Below are positions 19,470 to 26,892 of a stretch of DNA of 32,000 nt, in pieces (the first letter of the stretch is position 1; each line of letters begins with the position of its first letter). The stretch spans positions 4,890,001-4,922,000 of the forward strand of contig NC_009925.1 in NCBI RefSeq assembly GCF_000018105.1, written 5' to 3'. The stretch is from Acaryochloris marina MBIC11017 (GTDB lineage Bacteria; Cyanobacteriota; Cyanobacteriia; Thermosynechococcales; Thermosynechococcaceae). The position numbers and the translations under genes are program-made. Below the pieces are notes generated by a model. That model did no database searches and was not told the origin of the DNA. It saw only the letters and a list, made by a program, of their open reading frames with translations.

Positions 19470-19525
19470 TTGAGAAGAAAAGTATAGACAAAGTAGGTTC
19501 AAATCTCTGATTCTAAAGTGTAGAT

Positions 19526-21949
19526 TTAGGTGTTTACTAACTCGGTAGAGGCTGATTCTGCTGTGGGAGGTTGCCAAATAGCAGCCTTGATCAAAGCCCA
19601 AATCAAAGAAACATTATAAATTGCCCAGGCAGAGTTCAGAAGATGCAGGCCAGGGTTATCTAAAGTACCCATTGCATACCGAATTAGACTCCAGGAAATC
19701 CCTAATATAGTCAGAATGACAACCGTGAGTTGAGGGATTACAAGACCAACATACATCCCAGATTGACGTTGTTTAGGAGTGACTTGAAACTTAACGGGTC
19801 TACCCGTGAACACACTCCACACCGCCTTGATAAAGAGTGGAAAGAGTGCGATCGCAAATTGTTCTGCTCGCCATAGTTCCTCCTTCTTAATGCCCCAAGC
19901 AGCGGCCATAAAGGTAATCCGGTTGAGAATGAAAGCAGGCACAAAATGGATGGCAAACGCCAGGCCATAGGTTTGCACGGGTATCGCTTCAGTAAAAAAG
20001 TAAATCAGCGGACAGGCAATGAAAATCAGAGTAAAAAATCCAGAAAAGTAGCTATACATCGTCTGGAAGTATTGCAGCTGCTGCCAAACGGTGAGCCCTT
20101 TTTTGGTGAGAGGATTCTCTTGTAGCAAGACTTGAACGGTCCCTTGAGCCCATCTCAGTCGCTGTTTTAAAGTAGAGCTGAGGTCATCTGGTGCCAGGCC
20201 AACTGCTAATACTTCATGGTGATACACTGACTTCCACCCTGCAGCATGAAGTCGCATCGCCGTATTCATGTCTTCCGTAATACTGGCACTGGAGACCCCG
20301 CCCACCAGCTCAAACTCCTCTAAGCGTTTTTGATCTGCGATATATTCATCGGCGAAATTTTGCAGCCCCGTTGTGACTAACGCTTCGCGACGTAAAACCG
20401 CATTCGTGCCTGTATAAAAGGCTGAACTCATGCCATCCTTCCCTTGTTGAATCGGGCCATAGAACAGACGCGCTTGATGGCCAAAGGGGTCACCGGGAGG
20501 AAGGTTATAAAAGTCTTGTGGGGTTTGAACAAAGGCAATATCGCTGTCTTTGTATGCCCCATCCTGCATACTGTAATCAAAGAAATAGGGCAGGGCTCGC
20601 TGGAGAAAATGAGGTTTAGGAATATGGTCGGCATCTAGGGTCAAGATGAGATCGCCGGTTGTTTCTCCGGAAAACAAGGCATAGTTAATGTTGCCTGCTT
20701 TAGCATGATGGGGTTTCCCTTTAGGCTTGGGACGAGCAATATAGCGACTGCGCGCTAGGTCAATTAAGTCCTGTTCCTTTTGCTCAATGGTGCGTTGTAG
20801 GGTCTTGATTTCGGCCTTGAGATAGTCCGTCACCGAGCCATATTGATGATTGAGTAGACGAGTGCTCTGTTGCAGGCTATGGAGATAACCGGCTAACTGC
20901 TGAGTTTGATCTTGAATCCCAGTGGATTCTGGTGAAAAGAACTTGATGGCAATTAAACACTGACGTTGATCGGGAGTCGGATTGTAGCTGATAAAGTCAG
21001 TGAATTGGCTCATAATGCCAAAGCCTCTCCCTCCTTCAGCCATTAGATCCACATCTTCCAGGGATTTGAAGATTTTGTCGGGGTTGTCTAGACCAGGACC
21101 TCGGTCCCAAATCTGCAGAACTAAGACATTGCTGGAAATGTTTAATTCCAAATCAATCGGTGTGGTGGGGGGAAGATCCTTATGGGCATATTTCAAGACA
21201 TTATCCACACCCTCACCCAATACCGTTTGCAGCTCTAACCATGGTTTCATGGGAATGTGAGGTTGCTGAAGCTGGCTAAACCAGTCCAGGGCTACTTGGG
21301 CATTCTCTCGTTTGGTTTCTAGGGTCAACGTATGAGACTTTAATTTCTCCTCTCCAGCCGCAATTTCTGAGGCAAGACTTTGGAGATGCTGCAACTGTGC
21401 CTTGAGGTGTAGACGTTGCGAGTTGATCTCGTCTGCAGCGGCACGAAGCTGTGGTGTTTGCAAATCCCCAATACATAATTGCTCCGACATTTGCCGCATT
21501 TGAGGAGAATTTCCGTCATCCAGTACATAGACCTTCAACTTTGTCGCAGGATAGTCCATGTTTAGAGCTGCTTTCGCCGTTTCTCGAACCATCTCAACAG
21601 GTTCGTTGTAGCAGGTGATAAACACATCAACACTCGGCCATTCAGCTTCTGGCAATGCGGGGCGCATTTGTCTGAGGGGTTTGACATCTCGGACAATGGG
21701 CCGCCAGAGACCGATAAAGAACATGACGCCGCCGATATAGCTATAAATTTCCGCGAGTAATAGCGGAAGGGCTAACCACAGGGCATTGAAGTTAACCGAA
21801 TTGAGGATCCGCCACTGCAAATACCAGCCCCCAAAAATGAGGTTTATGATCACCAGAAACCGAAAGAGTAGGGTCCTATCCTTTAGTCTGATGCGGATAT
21901 TGCCAGAAAAAGCAGGGGTATTTTCAATAATGGGGACGGCATTAGTCAT
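19526..21949 (-). CDS. processive family-2 glycosyltransferase (cellulose-synthase-like beta-glycan synthase) with an embedded GHKL ATPase-like insert
   Basis: 807 aa with 2 N-terminal and about 6 C-terminal TM helices. GT2 motifs are CYNEP, VLDDG (aa 142-146), HAKAGNIN (415-422), LDADH, FVQTPQDF, SITEDM and QRLRWAQG. No PilZ-like C-terminus is present. Confidence 0.9.
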   Translation of the reverse strand: MTNAVPIIENTPAFSGNIRIRLKDRTLLFRFLVIINLIFGGWYLQWRILNSVNFNALWLALPLLLAEIYSYIGGVMFFIGLWRPIVRDVKPLRQMRPALPEAEWPSVDVFITCYNEPVEMVRETAKAALNMDYPATKLKVYVLDDGNSPQMRQMSEQLCIGDLQTPQLRAAADEINSQRLHLKAQLQHLQSLASEIAAGEEKLKSHTLTLETKRENAQVALDWFSQLQQPHIPMKPWLELQTVLGEGVDNVLKYAHKDLPPTTPIDLELNISSNVLVLQIWDRGPGLDNPDKIFKSLEDVDLMAEGGRGFGIMSQFTDFISYNPTPDQRQCLIAIKFFSPESTGIQDQTQQLAGYLHSLQQSTRLLNHQYGSVTDYLKAEIKTLQRTIEQKEQDLIDLARSRYIARPKPKGKPHHAKAGNINYALFSGETTGDLILTLDADHIPKPHFLQRALPYFFDYSMQDGAYKDSDIAFVQTPQDFYNLPPGDPFGHQARLFYGPIQQGKDGMSSAFYTGTNAVLRREALVTTGLQNFADEYIADQKRLEEFELVGGVSSASITEDMNTAMRLHAAGWKSVYHHEVLAVGLAPDDLSSTLKQRLRWAQGTVQVLLQENPLTKKGLTVWQQLQYFQTMYSYFSGFFTLIFIACPLIYFFTEAIPVQTYGLAFAIHFVPAFILNRITFMAAAWGIKKEELWRAEQFAIALFPLFIKAVWSVFTGRPVKFQVTPKQRQSGMYVGLVIPQLTVVILTILGISWSLIRYAMGTLDNPGLHLLNSAWAIYNVSLIWALIKAAIWQPPTAESASTELVNT
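20714..21478 (-). other. ~250-aa insert between the DDG and HAKAGN motifs: coiled coil, GHKL (RsbW/SpoIIAB-like HATPase) core, coiled coil
   Basis: N-box EGVDNVLKYAH (21182-21214), G1 box WDRGPGLD (about 21092-21109) and G2 box GGRGFGI (about 21017-21034). Heptad-like Gln/Leu-rich segments flank the core (aa ~165-225 and ~345-400). From memory, BcsA-type synthases have only a few tens of residues between these GT2 motifs. Confidence 0.65.
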
Positions 21950-21963
21950 GAGACTGTGTATCC

Positions 21964-22155
21964 TTACTGCTTGACTAAAGAGTGATGATGTTGGGTGCTA
22001 CTAACAATATTTTTGAGAATCACCACAGTACCGTTGCGGTTATGTTGAGTATTGACACTTAGATGCTCTTTCTCACAACATCTCGCAAAATATTTGTCTT
22101 GAGATGGTCTTGAATTGGTCACTAGACTATCGACTACTAAAGGGAGAGTTTCCAT
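21964..22155 (-). CDS. hypothetical 63-aa protein wedged between the triple-domain gene and the synthase gene
   Basis: ATG ORF lying 20 nt after the upstream stop and 14 nt before the downstream start. It has no recognisable motif, TM segment or obvious SD. Only position supports it. Confidence 0.3.
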   Translation of the reverse strand: METLPLVVDSLVTNSRPSQDKYFARCCEKEHLSVNTQHNRNGTVVILKNIVSSTQHHHSLVKQ

Positions 22156-22175
22156 TCGTCTGTGGGTTGAAGAAG

Positions 22176-25100
22176 TTATTTATTATTGTTTTTGGACAAA
22201 GCGCTGTTGGGAGCCCCCCAATAGGTGCCGGTCGAATCAGTAATGAGCTGCAATTTGGGTTTGGGGGTTGGCGGTAGGCCTGTACCAATTTCTTCGTTGG
22301 CTACGGCTTTCCACCAGGGGGAGCTACGGGAGATATCCGCAACGAGTAACGGTTGGCGATCGCGCAAGCGATACAAGATAGACTGCAACACAATACTGTT
22401 GGTGGAGCCACTAAAACCAGGATTAGATTGGCCCGATTGCTCATTCACCCCTTCGTAAAAACCCAATACGGGGTTATACAGGTCTAAAGCGGACTGATAT
22501 AGCTCTTGAGCATAGTCATTGTCAGGGAAAATCGCATGGTAGGCGAAAGCGGCAGCACTACTGATCACGCGTTGCTCAGACTTTAAGGCTTGGTCAGCGG
22601 ATGAGGCCGCCCAAGCTTTTTTATCTTTGCTGATCAAGCTGCTATGGATCACGTAGGGGGCTTTCGTCGTTAAGGTGGTTCCAGCTGCCGTCAATACCCC
22701 TTCACGGTTATATCGTTCTTGTTGAGCTTGCAACATGGGTAGAACTAATTGCCGCATTTGGGGATCTAGGCCCAGTTCTAAGCCGTAAACCATAAACGGA
22801 TTGCTAACGATCTGTTGATCCTTATCAGACTTCTTGCGAGGTCGGTCTCGCTCAATCGGAATTTGGAACCCTTCTAATTCGGCTGTTTTGTAATTCCCGC
22901 CTACCGCCGCTTCTGTTACATCAAAGCCCCAAAGCTGGAAGCCTCGGGCTGCATATTCTTCATAGCCCAAGCGAGAATCTGGTTTGACTCGGATTAAACG
23001 ACGACCATTGCTGTCAGCTTCGACAAAGGCACTGTGGATACGACCGTCTCGAACAACCCGTAAGAACGACCAGTCCAACACAATCTCATCAATAATGTCG
23101 GTATAGCCCTTATGACACCCCTTGAGATTGTGGAGCGCCAACAAGAAACGGCCCACGTCTAAACCGGACCAGCCGATCCCTTCAGGAGAAGGGTTCATGC
23201 CGTAATCTACCGCCTCAAGGGTGCGAATATCATAGTTGCGATGGGGCAATTCACCACCATGTAACGGTAACCGTTTTATTGCACCTAAAAATAAGCGAAC
23301 TCGCTGATCAAATTCTTCGATGGTAATCACATCCAGGGATTCAGCCGCTTGAAGCGCTGCGATATAGTCTCCCATCCCCCAAAGGGTTGCAACTTTCATG
23401 TCGCTGCGATCGCTCACCAGTCCCGTACTGGATTCATAATTCGCTTCAAAGTATTTCCAGGCTGCTTTGGCATACCGCTTCTCAGCTAGGTGAGGTCGGC
23501 GAGTTAAGTCCTGGCAGACCGAAGAATCTTTGGGTTTTCGTCCCGACAAGATGGGAGCCACAGCCACCTGAACGGGCTGATTCGGCGGTTCCGGCTGTTC
23601 TATTTTGCCGATGGGTTCTGGTGAAGGAGCTGGGGCTGGGGTTGATGCGACAACTGGAGCTGGGACTACAGTAGGTGCAAGAGTCGGCAAGGATGTCGTC
23701 GTTTGACCAGGGGAGAATTGGGGACTAGCACCATCCCCTTCAATAAATTGGCAGCAAACCACTAGGTTCGGATCAATTGCGCTAGGTTGAGATACCGTTT
23801 GCTGAGTGGGAGACTGAGCAACGACAGGGCTAGGTGCTGGCGCAGCACTTGGGCCAGGCGTTGGGGCTGGAGCGGGTGTCGGTGCTGGCGCAGGTGCCGG
23901 GGCGGGTGCTGGAGCTGGAGCGGGTGCCGGAGTTGGGGCGGGTGCCGGAGCTGGGACGGGTGCCGGAGTTGGAGCAGGTGCCGGGGCTGGGGCGGGTGCT
24001 GGAGCTGGAGCGGGTGCCGGAGTTGGGGCGGGTGCAGGAGCTGGAGTCGGGGCAGCAGCTACATTATCTGGAGCTGGATAACCTTCTGCAACGATTGTAT
24101 TTTGGGGACTTCCAGTAGACGCATTAACACCATTCCCACCGATCAACGGTCGATATCCCCTGGCCTTGTAATAAAGGATTTCCATGATCAGTCCGTTGGT
24201 ATTTCCGGTCAGAGCTTGATTAGGCTGATTGGTTTCTTCATACAATCCTGCATAAAAGCCGCCACCATCCGGGCTCATCAACCCCTTCGCGACTTCAAAC
24301 AATTGATCTGCATAGGGTTCATCGGGAAAGATATACCGCCAGCCAAACGCAGCTTTGGTACTAATACTGCGCTTGTCAGGATGAAGCTCATTTTTTTCGG
24401 TAATCGTAGCCCAAGCCACGCCATTGGAAAAAACAGTGTTGTAAAGGAAGTAAGGCGGGCCATCAATATTGTCTTCTGTCACAGCTGTAAGCTGTCCAGT
24501 TGCTTGATATCGACGTTTTTGAACTTCTAGAACCCGAGCGGCATAGTCTCGCATTTGGTCGCCCAGAAAACCAAATTCAATCCCATCCAAAATATAAGAT
24601 TCACTCACCACATAGTTATTGGCATTTGTTTCTTGATAGGCCCGAGTATCTACAGGAATCTGCACCCCATAGATTTCGACCATTTGGAAGGGTTCAAAGG
24701 ATAGTGCTTTGGGGACAGAGAACCCCCATAACTCATACCCCCGAGCAGCATATTCTTCATAGCCTAGGCGGCCTTCTTGTACAGGTAGGGTTTGGCCATC
24801 TTCCAGTACCGTTGCCCCAAACATATTGCCATCTTCAATGGAACGTTCAATCGCCCAGCGATCCACAATAGCCTGTAACCAGTCGGCATACTGAGGATGG
24901 CAGGTACGGAGAACATGGAAAGCCGCCAGAATTCGACCAATATCAAGAGCCGACCAGCCAATCCCTCGCTCAATGGGATTGTTACCGTAATCCACCATGT
25001 CGCCATTGGCAGCGTTATAGACCTTATTCGGCAGGCTGTCTTCAAATAGTTTCAATCCGGCTAAGGACGTTAAAAACTTATTCAGTTTCTGATCCAATTC

Positions 25101-26828
25101 CTCTTGCGGGATCAGGTTCATCCACCGGGCTGCATTCAGAGCCATCAGGTAGTTGCCCATATCCCATAAGGTGCCGGAAGGATATCCTCCCGACGAATTG
25201 GTAAACCCAGTTGCTTCTTGATAGTTATTGACAAAATATTGCCAAGCAGTGCGAGCGTAGGTTTCTTCCTCTGGTGTTAAAGGATTGGTAATGCCCCCAC
25301 AGGAATTATCGCCAGGTGGCGGAGGGGGAGCAGCAATAGGTGCCGGAGATGGAGCTGGGGTAGCCGCAGGTGTGGGAGAGGGGGCTGGTGCCGGGGCTGG
25401 AGCCGGAGATGGAGCTGGGGCTGGAGCCGGGGCTGGGGCTTGGGCTGATGCAGGTGCAGGAAACTCTTCCATGACCACGGTCGTTTCAGGGTTTCCAGTC
25501 GAAGCACTAACGCCATTCCCCCCAATCAGTGGCCGATTGCCTCTGGCCTTGTAATAGAGGATTTCCATAATCAGCCCGTTTGTGTTTCCGGTTAAGGATT
25601 TATTGGGCTGTTGGGTCTCCTCATACATACCAGCAAAAAAACCGCCACCATCCGGACTCATTAATCCCTTGGCAACCTCAAAAAGCTGTTGAGCGTAGGG
25701 ATCATCTGGGAAAATATAGCGCCAACCAAATGCTGCCTTCGTGCTAATACTGCGTTTATCAGGGTGGAGTTCGTTCTTTTCCGTGATGGTGGCCCAGGCG
25801 ACACCATTAGAGAAAACAGTGTTGTAGAGGAAGTAGGGCGGGCCATCAATGTTATCCTCAGTCACTGCTGTCAATTGGCCTGTGGCCTGATAGCGTCGCT
25901 TCTGAACTTCAAAGACCCGGGCGGCAAAGTCCCGCATTTGATCGCCTAAAAAACCAAATTCAATGCCATCTAAGATGTAGGACTCACTGACAACATAGTT
26001 ATTCGCATTGGTGTCTTGATAATTACGCGTATCTACAGGAATTTGCACCCCATAGATCTCGACCATTTTGTAAGGTTCAAAGGACAATGCCTTCGGAACC
26101 TGAAAATTCCAAAGTTCGTATCCTCTGGATGCATACTCCTCATACCCGAGGCGGCCTTCCTGCACTGGTAAGGTTTGACCATCTTCAAGGACTGTAGCCC
26201 CATACATATAGCCATCTTGAACGGACCGATCCACCGCCCAGCGATCAATGATGGATTTTAGCCACTCCGCATATTGAGGATGGCAGGTGCGCAAGACATG
26301 AAACGCTGCCAGAATACGGCCAATATCTAGGGCGGACCAACCAATCCCTCGCTCAATAGGGTTGTTGCCATAATCCACCATGGCCCCATCGGCTGCGTTG
26401 TACACCTTATTCGGCAAGCTATCTTCAAATAGCGTTAACCCAGCCAGAGATGATAGGAATTTATTTAGTTTTTGATCGAACTCTTCTTGGGGAATCAGGT
26501 TCATCCATCGGGCCGCATTGAGGGCCATCAGGTAGTTTCCCATATCCCACAAGGTGCCTGAAGGGTACCCCCCGGTAGAGTTGGTAAAGCCTGTCGCTTC
26601 TTGATAGTTATTCAGAAAGTATTGCCAAGCCGTGCGGGCGTAGGTTTCCTCCTCTGGTGTCAGAGGATTTGTAATCGCACCACATTCATTGGCTTCTTGG
26701 GCATAGGCAACCTTCTCTGTAGTAAAAGGTAGCCACAGAGGAGGAGAAAGAATGCCTAATGCCAACCAGGCAACTAGTCTAACTATTGGCAGAGGACGAC
26801 GTCGCTTCATCAGATAGGATGGCCCCAA
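22176..26828 (-). CDS. secreted 1550-aa protein with three tandem copies of a ~390-aa alpha-helical domain (I believe DUF3131-like; possible glycan-binding/glycoside-hydrolase-like fold), joined by Pro-Ala linkers
   Basis: Sec-type signal (MKRRRPLPIVRLVAWLALGIL...AYA-QE; the likely true start is M7 at 26810). Domain copies lie at about 25501-26684, 24121-25301 and 22350-23516. They share the blocks AW.YF..NY...TG, TLW(D/G), LP.(K/R)(V/N)Y, VDYG, GIGWS..D(I/V)GR, EGRLGYEEYA.RG..LW, LTA, S(T/S)(K/A)AAF and GFY.G.(Y/N)E. Confidence 0.85.
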   Translation of the reverse strand: MGPSYLMKRRRPLPIVRLVAWLALGILSPPLWLPFTTEKVAYAQEANECGAITNPLTPEEETYARTAWQYFLNNYQEATGFTNSTGGYPSGTLWDMGNYLMALNAARWMNLIPQEEFDQKLNKFLSSLAGLTLFEDSLPNKVYNAADGAMVDYGNNPIERGIGWSALDIGRILAAFHVLRTCHPQYAEWLKSIIDRWAVDRSVQDGYMYGATVLEDGQTLPVQEGRLGYEEYASRGYELWNFQVPKALSFEPYKMVEIYGVQIPVDTRNYQDTNANNYVVSESYILDGIEFGFLGDQMRDFAARVFEVQKRRYQATGQLTAVTEDNIDGPPYFLYNTVFSNGVAWATITEKNELHPDKRSISTKAAFGWRYIFPDDPYAQQLFEVAKGLMSPDGGGFFAGMYEETQQPNKSLTGNTNGLIMEILYYKARGNRPLIGGNGVSASTGNPETTVVMEEFPAPASAQAPAPAPAPAPSPAPAPAPAPSPTPAATPAPSPAPIAAPPPPPGDNSCGGITNPLTPEEETYARTAWQYFVNNYQEATGFTNSSGGYPSGTLWDMGNYLMALNAARWMNLIPQEELDQKLNKFLTSLAGLKLFEDSLPNKVYNAANGDMVDYGNNPIERGIGWSALDIGRILAAFHVLRTCHPQYADWLQAIVDRWAIERSIEDGNMFGATVLEDGQTLPVQEGRLGYEEYAARGYELWGFSVPKALSFEPFQMVEIYGVQIPVDTRAYQETNANNYVVSESYILDGIEFGFLGDQMRDYAARVLEVQKRRYQATGQLTAVTEDNIDGPPYFLYNTVFSNGVAWATITEKNELHPDKRSISTKAAFGWRYIFPDEPYADQLFEVAKGLMSPDGGGFYAGLYEETNQPNQALTGNTNGLIMEILYYKARGYRPLIGGNGVNASTGSPQNTIVAEGYPAPDNVAAAPTPAPAPAPTPAPAPAPAPAPAPAPAPTPAPVPAPAPAPTPAPAPAPAPAPAPAPAPTPAPAPTPGPSAAPAPSPVVAQSPTQQTVSQPSAIDPNLVVCCQFIEGDGASPQFSPGQTTTSLPTLAPTVVPAPVVASTPAPAPSPEPIGKIEQPEPPNQPVQVAVAPILSGRKPKDSSVCQDLTRRPHLAEKRYAKAAWKYFEANYESSTGLVSDRSDMKVATLWGMGDYIAALQAAESLDVITIEEFDQRVRLFLGAIKRLPLHGGELPHRNYDIRTLEAVDYGMNPSPEGIGWSGLDVGRFLLALHNLKGCHKGYTDIIDEIVLDWSFLRVVRDGRIHSAFVEADSNGRRLIRVKPDSRLGYEEYAARGFQLWGFDVTEAAVGGNYKTAELEGFQIPIERDRPRKKSDKDQQIVSNPFMVYGLELGLDPQMRQLVLPMLQAQQERYNREGVLTAAGTTLTTKAPYVIHSSLISKDKKAWAASSADQALKSEQRVISSAAAFAYHAIFPDNDYAQELYQSALDLYNPVLGFYEGVNEQSGQSNPGFSGSTNSIVLQSILYRLRDRQPLLVADISRSSPWWKAVANEEIGTGLPPTPKPKLQLITDSTGTYWGAPNSALSKNNNK
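23826..24075 (-). repeat. (Pro-Ala/Pro-Thr)n linker-coding low-complexity repeat with an exact 45-bp direct repeat at 90-bp period
   Basis: GGCGGGTGCTGGAGCTGGAGCGGGTGCCGGAGTTGGGGCGGGTGC occurs at 23901-23945 and again at 23991-24035. It encodes ..APAPAPTPAPAPAPAPAP... Confidence 0.9.
24121..26684 (-). repeat. intragenic tandem duplication, period 1383 nt (461 codons), two domain-plus-linker units
   Basis: By eye, copy A (25501-26684) and copy B (24121-25301) encode peptides identical at roughly nine of ten positions. The DNA differs at many synonymous sites, for example Leu CTG vs TTA and Glu GAG vs GAA within NPLTPEEETYA. Confidence 0.9.
25313..25460 (-). repeat. (Pro-Ala)n linker-coding low-complexity repeat between domain copies A and B
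   Basis: Encodes PAPASAQAPAPAPAPAPSPAPAPAPAPSPTPAATPAPSPAPIAAPPPPPG. The DNA is GGNGCN-type hexamer repeats. Confidence 0.9.
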
Positions 26829-26892
26829 TCAAAAAATGTAAAGGAAATACAAACCCTGTTGTAGTCGAGCAGGGAAATAGGGCTAAATCCGA

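Noticed and set aside
19496-19505. GGTTCAAATC, resembling a tRNA T-loop (GGTTCAAATCC)
   Set aside because: The flanking bases cannot form a T-stem, and no acceptor or anticodon arms could be drawn around it.
19526-19800. Possible PilZ c-di-GMP receptor domain at the C-terminus of the GT2 synthase
   Set aside because: After the FQVTPK segment the sequence is two more hydrophobic helices and a short tail. It has no RxxxR or DxSxxG motif and no room for a PilZ barrel.
23826-24075. Regular short direct repeats that could superficially suggest a CRISPR-like array
   Set aside because: There are no unique spacers between the repeats and the units are multiples of 3/6 nt. The whole tract is in frame inside a long ORF and encodes (Pro-Ala)n.
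23787-24530. Long + strand ORFs (247 aa and 94 aa) and the analogous ORFs at 25285..25554 (+) and 25277..25525 (-), which are rich in Gly/Arg/Trp/Cys or Leu/Pro/His repeats
   Set aside because: They lie entirely within, and are antisense or out of frame to, the Pro-Ala linker-coding repeats of the 1550-aa gene. The GCN/CCN periodicity keeps several frames open. Their composition is a low-complexity artefact.
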